This document shows positions 52,101 through 64,000 of a stretch of DNA of 64,000 nt, in pieces (within the stretch, counting starts at the first letter, position 1; the number at the start of each line of letters is the position of its first letter). The DNA lies in NCBI GenBank assembly GCA_002633005.1, contig NMRA01000153.1, forward strand, positions 668,564-732,563, written 5' to 3'. A program made the position numbers and the translations under genes. This DNA is from Phoronis australis (taxonomy: Eukaryota; Animalia; Phoronida). The notes under the pieces were generated by a model, which had not been told where the DNA came from, did not search any database, and saw only the letters and a program-made list of their open reading frames with translations.

Positions 52101-55100
52101 ACTCAGAGTTATTAAATTCCTTCACTGTAAATGTTTCCATCCGTCTTCCTTTCTTCAGTTAGAAGCCAGTTAGCCTTTCTCCCTCACCACCTAAGCTTAC
52201 TTCACAGACGTCTAAAGCATAACAATTGAAGGTGAAGGATTTGTTGTCTTCTTTTAGAACATGAATCTTTCTACTTAGTTGTCAGGTAATGTTTGCCTTG
52301 AATGTTTCAGAGGTTAAATCTGACAGTGTGACATTACGGGACGGAAGTGTCATACCTTGCGGTCTAGTCGTGTGGAGTACAGGCCTGGCCCCAAGGCCAT
52401 TCACGCAAAGTCTAGAAGTGCCAAAGAACAAAGGGGGACAGGTGAGTTACATCAAAGTGTCTCGGTGTCTTAACCTTTTAATGTTTTGTGGTCATCATTA
52501 GATTGCTATCGACTACGGCCAATGTCTGTTCTTGAGCAAACTGAATGAGTCAGAATTTGTCATTGATTATAATGATGTGTTTAATGTAGATTCAGGCATT
52601 GACCGTCACATCATTCTGATAAAGATCCCAGATTCAGTGATTCAGTCAAGAACGTCCCAAGTGTTGATAGTTCTGGTTTCCATCCTAATTGAGTTGCTGT
52701 GTATATTCTCAAGTGTTTCACTGTGTAAACTGTGCTTGCGATTTATTGAAGTAGTGACACTTGCAATTTGCAATTAAATGAAATTGTTTGTGTTTAGCAA
52801 ATGAATTGCTATCTGTTTGCAGGGTCTATTTTCCATATTCAAGCTCGACTCATACTCAAAACTTATCCAATCCTGTTCAAGTACAAATTTACAGTGCCAT
52901 GCAAGGAATTAGACCCCAGTCTAAATGTCTTTTCAAATAATCAATCACCCTGTTTCGAAGCAATGAAATATAAGTACTAGAGTGCACAAAGGCCTGACAT
53001 AAGTTTTTGTGTTTTTGCTCATGGAATCTATGGCCTGTTGTGACATTATTGCTGGAACACGATGAATATGAAGTCTTGCTGTGCCAGTTACAAAGGGAAC
53101 TGTGTTGTACTGCATGGGCCTCTATTTCAACTGCACTATTTTAGATTCTGACCAATAGCTGTCTGCAGGTGATGGGTGACAACAGCGGCGATGTATTTGC
53201 TCTGGGTGATTGTGCCGACATTGAGAATAACTCATTGCCATGTACTGCCCAGGTATGGATGTGGTTGGACTAGAATAATTCTAGATTGCATTATACAGCT
53301 GAGTTGGGCTGGGTTACTGAAAACTATCTGCTGGATAACATTAATGGTTGCGTGATGTCAAGTAAATTGTAATAAACAAAATAATAATATGAGATCATCA
53401 TTGTCATCAAGCAGTATAGTTCAGTAACAACCCTTCATTGACACAAACTTGGTTGAAGGTATGACTGTACTTTTTGTTAGACATACATACTCGCTCATAG
53501 TCTCTATATAATCCCCCTATCTTCAGGCGTCCAGTTATGAACCAAAACATCGAGTTATATAACGGCCAAGCAAGTTAAAACGCTAGCTATTTTTCAAGAC
53601 CACCTGTCTCATCACCAGACAATAGGTGAATTGAACATGGAGGAAGTGAGAAATAAACAGTAAAATAAATGGCAACAGCAGGTGGAGGGGCGTGTAAGCA
53701 GGGAGTATGAATGTATCACATGGTAGGAAGCTTACATGCCTAACCAGAGTCAGCGTGTGGTACACACCTGTGAGCTGCTAATTCATCACAGGTTTTTAGT
53801 GACTGATCAGTAGTTTCCAAATATCTACTTAACGAATAGTACTATTTCTTTTCTAGTTATTTTTCGCCCATGTTGGTGTAAAAAATGATCTTGAATGGAC
53901 CTGCTCCCAAAATGCATGGACAACTGTTGAGTGTGTCCAATGTAACTCTGTTCTTAAAATGTGGCGGCTATTTTAACTTGTTTGACCGTTATATCTTGTG
54001 GTGTTTTGCTTCATAACTGCACACCTGAAGATAGGAGATTGTATAGAGCCTAGAAGCGAGTATATATTAAGCTGTCTAACAAAATGTACTGATGTGCTTA
54101 ATTCAACTAAGATTGTCATGAAGCATATAATTTGTGCAACCAAGCACAGGAGCGTTGACAGTGACCTGTCTAGTTTTGTTGCATAATTTGATGCTTTGCC
54201 TCAGCTTTGTGAGTCACTCAAAATTTCTATGTGTGCTACATGTAGAGCTTTGCTGCTCTGTAGTTTCATTCGTAAGTTGGTAGTATTTATATGGTATCCT
54301 GTGCTTAAATCAAGTATTAATTGTAAATTTGGGGGTGTTCGACACATCGTCTTATGATTGAGCTGGGTTGAAGAAACACTGTACCAGAAAGAATTTATAA
54401 AACTTGTAACATCGATGAAATTGGAACAGTTTTAAAATTAACAGTTTTGTTTGTCGTTTGTTTTGTTTGTTTGATAATATGTAGCAGTGCCTTCTGAAGG
54501 CAATCTGATATTGTTTGAATTAGTTTTAATTTGCACATTGTGCACAATGTGTCTCATGCAATGCCTGCTGGTGGTAATAGTAGACACAGGTATACAATTT
54601 GTACTTGTTTTTTGACACATTCAGGTGGCTGAGAGAGAAGGTCGTTACGTCGCTAATGTTTTGAACACATTCAACTCCAATCCAGAGCCTTTTAAATTCA
54701 AGAATATGGGCATGCTTGCCTACATTGGAAATTATGACGCCTTGACTGATGTTCCTGATGTGAAGTTGAGAGGTAAGCTGGGTCTTTTCATGCTGTGAGA
54801 AATGCTGCATTAAATATTAAACATGCTGAGCTAAAGAAATGCTGGATTTTGGGCCACATCTGTCATTTAGAAGAAAACATCATATTTTATGATTGAATTC
54901 TTCACTTATGATGCCTTCTTCTCTGTGCTTTGTTGAACTTATAAGGCTTTTTACCTTGCGGGACCTGAGAGTTAGGAGTATACGCTGTTATAAACAAGGT
55001 CCATTATTAATATCTTGTGATTCATACAATAACATACAATATTTTTATCTATTCCTCCAAAAATATAAAAATATTTGTGTATGACGCTAGTCTTATGAGT

Positions 55101-55765
55101 TCTTGCAACTGGATTATTTGCCTAGGAATGCATTACCTTCACTAACTGGGCAAACCCTGGCATCGAGTCTAGACTTCATTCACAAACCAGTAGCGGCTTT
55201 TGCCAATGTACCGTGGAACATGCTATTGCTGTCAAAACTTGCTGAATACCAGTGGTGAAGCCAAACTGTTAGAAGAGGTTTTATTACATAGCTACATTTG
55301 TGATAAACCAATAAGGATCCTGGTACTTTTGTATCCAGTTTATGATGGGTATTTTTTGTTAACTATGCCAATATTTAAAGTACCAGTATCCAGCACTTTC
55401 ACAAAGCCATTGCAATAGTCAAACATCAGCTTTTCTCTGTCCGGCTTCATTTGTACAATGTAATTTTAAACACAGTCTCTGGGTATTATAATTTGTGCTT
55501 GTATTTAAAGCCACTTCTGGCAAATTGTCTACATCACACTTCATTACACATGGCTCTGGTTCAAGGAACTATGAAACAGGCAATGTTGTTAAGAATTTAA
55601 GAACTGTTTGTAAGCAACTTGGTTAAATCTTCAGGTTTTCCGTCCTGGCTTCTCTGGAGATCTGCATACCTGACTCGGCTGGGTAGTTGGAGGTTAAGAA
55701 TGCAAGTTCCTATGGACTGGAGTAAAACGCTGCTGTATGGCAGAGATATATCACGCTTTGAATGA
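49115..55765 (+). CDS. Type II (alternative, non-proton-pumping) NADH:quinone oxidoreductase, NDA/NDI1-like, mitochondrial, 462 aa, 8 coding exons
   Basis: Exons 49115-49428, 50125-50350, 50679-50849, 51747-51906, 52311-52441, 53145-53252, 54625-54772, 55635-55765 (1389 nt). Motifs [101 protein letters not shown]. Basic, hydroxyl-rich N-terminal presequence. Confidence 0.95.
50861..51248. repeat. 64 bp minisatellite (6 copies) at the start of an NDH2 intron
   Basis: TTTGATATGCAAGCCAGGTACCATTCACAATTAACAGTATCTTCATGAATGTACATAAATACAC; units start at 50861, 50925, 50989, 51053, 51117 and 51181. Confidence 0.97.
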
Positions 55766-56775
55766 TCACAGAAAAACATTGTGTGAATACATCTATAAGC
55801 GACATGGATTGAAACAAAGCTCTATTGCACGAGAGAGATTTCGGACTTAGCATGATCACAGCTCTGTGGATGTGCATGGGTACAGGTTACCAGTATGAAC
55901 TGCAGCAGAACTTTGTACTGCAGTATTACTTGTGTCTGTTTGTAAGGGCAGAGGTATATCATTGGTAAGAACACATTGTGTAATTGCAATGATTTTTTTG
56001 GTACGTATATTGGTATATTTTTGAGAGAACATAGCATCAAGTGAATGACCATTGTCTGGAGCAAGTCTGCCTTGGAGACATTTGTCATGCTTTGAAAGCT
56101 AAAAACCTGTTAGTATATGTGTGCAAGACCTCCGAGCATTCACAGGATTACGAGTGTGTGTGATTGGGTATGGCCTAGAGAGTACATACTGTAGGGGAGG
56201 GATATCTCGCGTTCACTACATAACCATGGATGCTCACGAGAGTAAAATCTGGGGTTGACTTTATCTTGGGTGAAACACCTTTCACTCATGTGGTTTTGGG
56301 TGGTCTTGCATGATCTTGCTTTTTCACAAGGATCTTGGTCTATAGAACACTAACCTGATATTTATCAAGTTGATCAGCCAATCTTATATGCTTGACATAT
56401 TTGTACTGTGTACTGCGTTGGCTATTTTTAGTATTCAGGTTGTACTGTTTTCATTAATTTGTATTTGTATTTTGTATTCATTGGTAAATTTAACATAACA
56501 ATTGTAAGCAATCATGATAAAACTCCCTTTAGAATGACCACCTCATAAATATATGTATGTATGTGGATATTGAAACACGTGGCAAGTGTTGATAGTTATC
56601 TTTATGAGAAGTTGTCGAAAAAGTCAAGTTCCATGTTTTGATATTTTGACACTGTAATAATTTCCTTAAAACTTTGGTCCTCAGAAGAGTTCCACCTTCA
56701 CTGAAGAAGTACATTCTTTCACATGGAATGCTTTTTAGGGGCCAGCACAGAGGAAGAGCCATGTACCTAGAATAC

Positions 56776-57110
56776 AAGTGACTTCAAATCATAGCTCATG
56801 TGTTCACCAAACCTTGGGGATTCTGGCAACCAATTACCTTTGGTACCCAATGAAAATTATTTAGTGACAGTGACAAATCTCTCGTTCAAATGTTTAATGT
56901 GTGTACTACATACATACAAATTCGTTATACTGTTCAGTAAGTATTTTGCCTCGCTGTATGCAGGTGATGCGAGATAACTTTCATATGAGGCAGCCAGCTC
57001 AGTTTGCAGTTCTCTGTCTACACTGGCCTTTACTGTTGCTACACACCTCTGTTCTGTGAAAATCTTGGCAATTGTGTTGAAACTTGGCATCTGCACCTCT
57101 GTGGCCAGTT
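56776..57110. repeat. Dispersed repeat, copy 2 (homologous to 11380-11730)
   Basis: Collinear similarity visible in the sequence and in the near-identical ORF-track peptides MQMPSF..IAKIFTEQRCV. Confidence 0.85.
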
Positions 57111-57374
57111 AAATTTCCACTTTATTGTGTATGCGCATATGATTAAGTGACCAGCACTATTGTGGCAGACAAGTATAGTTACGTAGCACCAAATTAATCA
57201 CTTTCCATGTACCATAGCCACCACCAGTATTCACAACACTTTGGCAGTTGTTCTTGTCCAAAATTGGTGACATTTTGCTGTATTTAAACCCGGCTATTTT
57301 TAGTATGGGCGCATGGACTTGTACAGGAATATTTTAACATTTTGTAATAAGGAACTAAGTCTATTCTGCATATT

Positions 57375-57730
57375 TTAAAAAGATACTAAATCCTGTTTTG
57401 ATGATTTCAACCAATCCTCATTCTGTCACCTGCTAATGCGTCAATCTTTAAAGATAAAACCCGGAATCAACTAAAAACTCGTACTCCCTATCTCACAAAT
57501 TGGATATTACGGTCCATGGTGGCTGGTCTATTACCACAGTTGCTGTGTAATGTGGTGAAGTGTAGGTCATACTTGCCCACTTATCATACTTTGGAAGGAG
57601 TCTTAAAATTTTCCTCCGAAGTTTTGATGGTTGTCGAGGGTTACAGAGCATTATTTTGTTTCGGAGAACTGGATGGGAAAGTCGTTCTTAGTATCTGTTA
57701 ATAGGCCAAAACCGGGTTTGGTATCTTTAA
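57375..57730. mobile_element. Kolobok-like MITE, copy 2
   Basis: TTAAAAAGATACTAAATCCTGTTTTG ... CAAAACCGGGTTTGGTATCTTTAA inverted termini bounded by TTAA; homologous to 27420-27780. Confidence 0.75.
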
Positions 57731-58436
57731 ACTTGAATGCTTTTCTAAAGCACTGTTGCTTAATACGTTCAACCTGTTTTGGGAAGTCTATGTGGTTAGC
57801 AATTCGCAGTCTTCAGTGAGCAATCTCAGGCCATGTGTTTAGCTCAAACTTGCATAAAACATGGAGGTTGTGCATGCTTTCCGATTGCACATGTGGTATG
57901 GCTGAATTCCTAATGTGCTAAATATGCACTTGTAGTATTTTTTACTCAATGGCTCAGCAAAGCTTTGCCTGATGAGTAAATAGTTAGTGTTTATAGCTTA
58001 ATGGTCACCAGATGTATTTGATTATTGACTCCTGACTTTGTTGCATTAATCGTGGTGCACAAGAGACATTTTTGTTATATATATTTCTAGTATGTGTTTG
58101 AGTTTCCAGAGCTTTTTTTACTTTATGCAATCACCACAGGGCAATTTAGAGTTAGTTTTTCTGTCCTTTTCTATTTGAATTTTTTGAGGGGCAACATCTT
58201 TGTGGAGAGATTTTGTCTGCTATCCCACTGAGTAAGTTATGCGACTGTGGTGATACACTGAGCCTGGTTTGGTCACAAACTTAATTTAGCTGTTCTACAT
58301 TGTCTTGTCAGAATCTGAATGCAATACAGACCATTTCTACAGCAAGACAATTCCCTACACAATTTTAATGCACCAGTGGGCCCATGTTGAGCAATTAGCG
58401 CATCAATGAAAATTTGTATTCTCCGAAAATATAGAG

Positions 58437-58640
58437 GAGTCTGTGTGGCCTAGTGCGATAAGTGCCCACTTTCCTTACTCGAGGTCGTGGGTTCGAGTCC
58501 CACTGGGTCACACTGCTTAACTCTTGAGCCAGGTTTCTAGCTCCTCATCTCAGTTTTAAACATGCTAATTTAGCATAAAAATAGGCATGCACGGCCTGAG
58601 CACGTCTGGTACGTTTATCTGACCACCTGCAATTAATTAA
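58437..58640 (+). mobile_element. tRNA-derived SINE
   Basis: A box TGGCCTAGTGCG and B box GGTTCGAGTCC with tRNA-like spacing but no anticodon arm; body ends in an AT-rich tail. 3' boundary approximate. Confidence 0.6.
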
Positions 58641-59989
58641 TTTTTAAAGATACAGGGGGGGTCATGCTCGTAAAATTATGCCACAATCGAGAAAAAAATT
58701 TTGGCTGAAAACTTCCAATTTATCATTAATGTACAGTGTGCATGTTTGTGAATGCCCATCAGCAGCAGACGAATTTAGGAATGTAAGCATTATATGTCTT
58801 ATTTTCATCAATTGAATTAAAATTTGTTTTGTCATGTTGTTCTAAATTGAGGAAACTTAAGTTTACTGCAGATGTTGCCAGTAAATTTTTAACCTGATAA
58901 TAAGGTATAAAGGGATTTTTATGTGTTTTACATTAAATGATACTAGTAAAATATTTTGACTTGTCTTTAAACACTAACAAGACTGTTTATTTGCCAAGAA
59001 AAGCAAAAACAGCACAAGCAAACAACAAGACATATTAATAAAAGCCAACACACAAAAAAACAAAAGTATTTTCCTAAAACATCACAGTTAATGATTTGTT
59101 TACTAAAGTTTAGCCCCATGGCTGTATATCTAAACTAATTTTGAGAATATTTTGTCTTTAAAAAAGTAAATTACGGCAATTCTTCACTTACTTAGCACAC
59201 AATACGGCCGACAAGTGACATTCTGTTTTGTCAAATTTCTGTCGATTACTAGAGTGTTTTCTACTTTGTAGATGTCATGAAAAACTGTTTGGTAAATTTT
59301 ACATTATTTCCAGTAATCAATCTTTGAAAATGGTCTATGAAACTGAAATATCTTGAGGAAGATAGACAACTGGCAATGAATTATGAACAACAATGTCAGG
59401 GATGAAAGTTCCACCTTTCCTTGACGGTGTCTCAAACTTCAGAAAGCAACCTGTATTAAGGAATTTTTTGCCACACATTAGTTGCAAGTTTCAAAGTCTG
59501 TGAAAACACTTAATACAAAGCATGTCACAACATTGAGCCAAGTGCAATATGCAGTGGCATCAGAAACAACAGTAAAACAATATGGATTTCCAGCAGCACC
59601 TGCCAGAGGACCATCCAAGAGCTGCTGTTGACCTCAACACAGATAAACATTGAAGCCATTAGTGCACAGCTGAGTGCACAGCAAGCAGGCATGGTGTACA
59701 AACAGCAGCTGTGTCATATCCAATAACATGGCTAATTATCAACCAAACATCTCTGAAGGTCTGTTTTACATAAGACAGACAAATAGGAGGGTGTTCTTTC
59801 CTAAGTGCCTTAATTAGGTTTGATAAAAAAGTGGAAGATGCAAAACTGGAATCTTGAGATTCTGGACAAATGCCATAAAAATGTCTAACACAATAAACGT
59901 GCATAAATACTACAACAAAAGTGCTAAAAATTAAAGCACACAAACAAAACCACATAAAAACCCGAGCTTAATTAAATACAATGACAAAA

Positions 59990-61768
59990 TTAAGAAAAAT
60001 TATCATTCAACAGAGATTTCATGGTGATACAATCTTTAATGCTTTGAGGAAGATTTAGCTGCTCAACCAGAGCCATTTTCAGTCCGTTCTTGACAAAATA
60101 ATTTCTGATGCACAACGAAGTGAGGGAAAACAGGGATCTTGGAGTACAAGCCATCTCTTTCAACATAACAAACAGCTCTGGCTCGTCCTCTAATGCACAG
60201 TCTATATCCTCCATAGCTTCTTTATCTTCTGACTCGGTCCCCCAAAGCATAAAGCTAGTTTCACAGCCAGCGCTCAGTAAAAGGTTAATAAGTGGCATGT
60301 TACTGTTCAAAAGGGAGAGAAACATGGCATAGGACATCCGAGAAGTCTCGCCCTCTTTGATGGCATTCACATCAGCACCATTAGCTATTAAGCACTTTGC
60401 TATTTGAAGGTCAGGCTCATCAAGTGCGCAAAGATGGAGAGCAGTCATGTCGTGTTCATTTCGAAGATTTGGGTCTGCTCCGTTGTTTAAAAACTCTTCA
60501 ACCGCATGAAAGAAACCCAACTCAACTGCTTTATGAAGAGGTAGAAGTGGCCCTGTGTTAATGTCGCAGCCGTGGCGGACCAGCTTCTTGGTGTCCGCAA
60601 AACGGTGGGTATTGAACAAGGCATGAAAGAAACTTTGACCCGCGTTAGTTAGAGAACTCAAATCGACATCTTGCCTGTTGATTAGGCAGTCTACAACAGC
60701 ATCGCTTTGTACACTCCTGGGAGTCTTCAGTGCGATATACAGAGGGGACTCACCCTTTAAATTACGGGCATTTACGTCAGCACCACACTCGAGCAGTTTT
60801 TTCACGATGACTAAATCACAGTTGTGCACCGCCATGTGAAGCGGTGATGCTAATGGTTTGCGTACAGCGTGCATACGCAAACTGGACAACTTCTCTGGAT
60901 TCACCAGAGCACCTCTATCGAGAAGTTTCAAAGCAATCTGCCGATTACCTAACAAACACGCCTGATGAAGAGGGGTGACAGTCTCAAAGTTGACAGGACT
61001 AACGTCACATCCTGCGTCGAGCAGCACCTCTGTAAGCTCCTCATTGCTACAACAAACAGCAATATGCAATGCCGTGTTGTGGTCAACGTGATTCCGTCTG
61101 TTTAAATCACAGATCATCATGTTCTTCTTGGTCTCTAGAGATAAATCTCCAGGAAACCCACTAACGTACAATGTATCTGTGTCCAGATACAGAGTATCTA
61201 ACAGCAGTTCAACGGACTTTCTATCTTCTCTTCTCACAGCCAGATGTAATGGCGTGTCCCCCGCTTCGTTTCGCTTATTTAGTTTGGACTTTTTGGCTTT
61301 TATGAGAAGTTCCACAATTTTATGTTGGCCTCTGTTAACAGCGTGATGCAGAGCAGAAAATCCTTTCCCGTCAGGTTTATTAACATCGCATCCTGAGTCA
61401 ATCAACAGCTGCACAGTCTGTGCTAAACCGTGGTTAATTGCAATTATTATAGGCGGGCTTTTTGTGAGTGGATCTTCGCGATTGACATTACAGCCAGCAT
61501 ATATCAGCAACTCTGCTATGGAAGCACTGTTCTTTCGAAGAGCGAGACAAAGAGCCGTTTCACCGTCGTAATCTCTACCATTCAGATCACATTTTACATC
61601 AATTAAAAACTTAACAGCCTCGACTTGGTTAGCAGAAATGGCTGCACACAGTGGAGTCCCCTGCATGCCCAAGATCATATTAACATCAGCACCATTCTGA
61701 ACTAACAGCTTTGCTTTTTCTATGTCCCCACTTCTGACAGCTTTGTTCAGTTGGTCATTCATAGACAT
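59990..61768 (-). CDS. Ankyrin repeat and SOCS box protein (ASB-like), 592 aa, single coding exon
   Basis: Many ankyrin repeats (GTPLCAA, GETALCLA, GFSALHHA, GDTPLHLA, TPLHQAC, SPLHMAV, MTALHLCA) and a C-terminal SOCS box PRSLFSLTSLCIRNYF..VEQLNLPQSIKDCI. Acceptor CTTTCCAG at about 61801 in the 5'UTR. Confidence 0.93.
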   Translation of the reverse strand: MSMNDQLNKAVRSGDIEKAKLLVQNGADVNMILGMQGTPLCAAISANQVEAVKFLIDVKCDLNGRDYDGETALCLALRKNSASIAELLIYAGCNVNREDPLTKSPPIIIAINHGLAQTVQLLIDSGCDVNKPDGKGFSALHHAVNRGQHKIVELLIKAKKSKLNKRNEAGDTPLHLAVRREDRKSVELLLDTLYLDTDTLYVSGFPGDLSLETKKNMMICDLNRRNHVDHNTALHIAVCCSNEELTEVLLDAGCDVSPVNFETVTPLHQACLLGNRQIALKLLDRGALVNPEKLSSLRMHAVRKPLASPLHMAVHNCDLVIVKKLLECGADVNARNLKGESPLYIALKTPRSVQSDAVVDCLINRQDVDLSSLTNAGQSFFHALFNTHRFADTKKLVRHGCDINTGPLLPLHKAVELGFFHAVEEFLNNGADPNLRNEHDMTALHLCALDEPDLQIAKCLIANGADVNAIKEGETSRMSYAMFLSLLNSNMPLINLLLSAGCETSFMLWGTESEDKEAMEDIDCALEDEPELFVMLKEMACTPRSLFSLTSLCIRNYFVKNGLKMALVEQLNLPQSIKDCITMKSLLNDNFS

Positions 61769-63810
61769 GGTATGCTGGCAGACACTTTCCAGACAGGCTT
61801 CTGGAAAGATAACAGCATGATACTCATACTAATATTCCAGACCTTGGATTAACCAACAGAGTGTTTCCTATCAGTTCAATTTGATGAAAACCAAGGAAAA
61901 CACACAGTGAAATGTGAGAGAGGAAAACAAGCTTTTGTAAACAAAAACATAAATGACAGACACTAATGAAGAAGTGACAAGACTATTGATGATATACTGC
62001 ACTTGTTAACTATACAGCAAAGAGATCATGCTCCCCACATAAAATGACATGCCATAACAAGCAGGCCTCCATTTAGAGAATGTCGATGGCATCCAAATGA
62101 ATACTCAAGACTGAAATTTAGACACCCAATTAAGCTGGGATGTCCAACTCAGTATTTGGTAAAATAATCAAGTATAGTGTCTATTTAATGTGCTAAAAGC
62201 AGCTTTGGTACTCATCTGCCTGTTCATAGGTAAAGAACTTGGTTAATAGGTGATGCAAGATAGGACAAACTTTCCTGCAGACTCATGTCTTTCATAGTAA
62301 CATACCACACTATAACAGCAAACTTGTAGAACCTGGTATCAACCACTAACAGTGGACAGTCAGTTCTCCAAAACCCTAAAATCACTGCCAATGAAGTTGG
62401 CGTCTGTGATGCATTAAAAACAAGCCTTGTTCCACAGTACCTAACTGTACTTTGACAAGATAAGGACCACAAGTACTAACCCAAGATATTACGTATTGTG
62501 AACTCTGACCTTAGTTCATTTTGTGTGAAACAGAGCAACGAAGCAATGGCAACTCTTTGAAATGTGGCAGAGTCCTTTGTATCAGTGTATGTGACACTGG
62601 ACAAAAGCCCAACAGGAACACTTCGGTGACAATAGACCAGATAACTAGAGGTGGATTTAGAGGGGGCCACAGGACACATGGCTCTAGTTAAATTTCAGCC
62701 AACCAAGTGGTCACAGCAGAGATCTTAAACATTCAAGGAAGACCCTACAAACAGTTTTTTCATGACGATCAGTCTTGGCATCGATCTTCAAACTATCAAC
62801 TCAGGAAACCATGCACATTACATTTAAAATCCTTGGTACAAAATAACATTATCTATAACATGACTAAACCTTGTTTGATATGAATGTTCATTATTTCCTT
62901 TTTGATTTTATACAACTTTTGAGTTTTTCCATGAAAATCACATACCAGAACTATTTTTGATAGCTCCTTGTGTAGAAGTGGAAAATTTAAAAAACAATTC
63001 CTAACAGCGCAATTTGGAGAATGACTAGTTTCACATATTCAGTGAATCCAATCCAATCAGCCATTGCCGAGATATGATGTTCCGAAGTTAGCCAAATTTG
63101 AAAATTTTTCTAGGATCCTACAAAACCTTAATTACGTAATTAACCCAATGGTTCACTTGCAAGTCAAGTACATTCCAAGATTTAAGACTGTGGAGTACAT
63201 TGTTTCCTCAAAAATCTAACTGGAGTTTTCCAAAATTTGTTTCCTGTCCTTGCGCTGATGAAAAATAGTGTGAAAAATCAAATTTAACTGCAAGAAATTT
63301 TAGCTATTAAATCATAACTGCTTGTGAAGTTTATTCATTGTTAGGACCACTGCAATGGTCAGAAAATTCAAGGACAACAATGAAATCATTGATGGGGTTA
63401 AATAACTTAAGCTGGATAAAGACATGTCTGGCTTTGAGCAACTGTTTCAGAGACCAATCAGATCATTGTTCACTTTCACACACAGACTTGCTGGGAATGA
63501 TGCATATCATAACTGCAGGAACATTGTCCCACGTCAGTGACTTAGGAAGTTAAAAACCTCCCAACTCATGGAGTTATACGGTACACGTATGCCTTTAATT
63601 TTTATCTGTAACTAAAAATCAACTATACTTTGATAATTTTTTTACCTAAAAGAAGTTGATTTGGTTACAGCATCCCTCGGCTACAATAACGGAAGCCAAG
63701 GAGTTTGTTATAATTTAAATAGGTTCGACTGCAAGCCTAGTTTGTACTGGGATCATAATGGATCGAGGGCGGGGACATGAACATGTTTTCCATAGTGAGC
63801 TTACATTTGT

Positions 63811-64000
63811 CATGTAATAATACACACATGTAATAATACACACATGTAATAATACACACATGTAATAATACACACATGTAATAATACACACATGTAACAA
63901 TACAAACATGTAATAATACACACATGTAATAATACACACATGTAATAATACACACATGTAATAATACAAACATGTAATAATACACACATGTAATAATACA
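63811..64000. repeat. 16 bp tandem repeat running off the window end
   Basis: CATGTAATAATACACA repeated about 12 times. Confidence 0.97.

Noticed and set aside
49115-55765. Bacterial or fungal contamination, or recent horizontal transfer, of NDH2
   Set aside because: Seven spliceosomal introns with host-like composition and continuity with animal genes; ancient origin cannot be judged without a phylogeny.
58437-58512. tRNA gene (also tRNA-like segments at 17110, 25830, 31003, 33640, 38290, 41680)
   Set aside because: A/B boxes are present but there is no complete cloverleaf or anticodon arm; better explained as SINE heads.
63715-63987. Cys/Tyr-rich ORFs at the window end
   Set aside because: Translation of a 16 bp tandem repeat.

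Overview
Intron-rich, AT-rich animal genomic DNA (most consistent with a marine invertebrate such as a mollusc; inferred, not proven), with three assembly gaps (9162-9580, 17443-17815, 24246-24263). Seven protein-coding genes can be assembled by hand from GT-AG exons: an SLC38A7/8-like amino-acid transporter (+, middle exons missing), RPL6 (-), INO80E (+), an uncharacterised double zinc-finger/coiled-coil protein (-), an intronless ADAT2 (+), an 8-exon type II (alternative) NADH dehydrogenase (+) and a single-coding-exon ankyrin/SOCS-box protein (-). Two compact head-to-head promoters (RPL6/INO80E; zinc-finger/ADAT2-NDH2) organise them. Introns hold many non-autonomous DNA transposons (Harbinger with decayed transposase, Kolobok-like, hAT, MULE-like, Helentron-associated repeats), tRNA-derived SINE heads and minisatellites. 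Most notable: (1) ADAT2 sits inside the apparent 5' leader of the NDH2 gene, with an AG|GT splice switch 6 nt before its ATG; (2) an intron-containing, plant NDA-like NDH2 in an animal; (3) the INO80E stop lies in a UAG-CARYYA readthrough context followed by an in-frame repeat; (4) a dispersed repeat family carries arrays of CTCF-like motifs. All models were read by eye without alignment tools.
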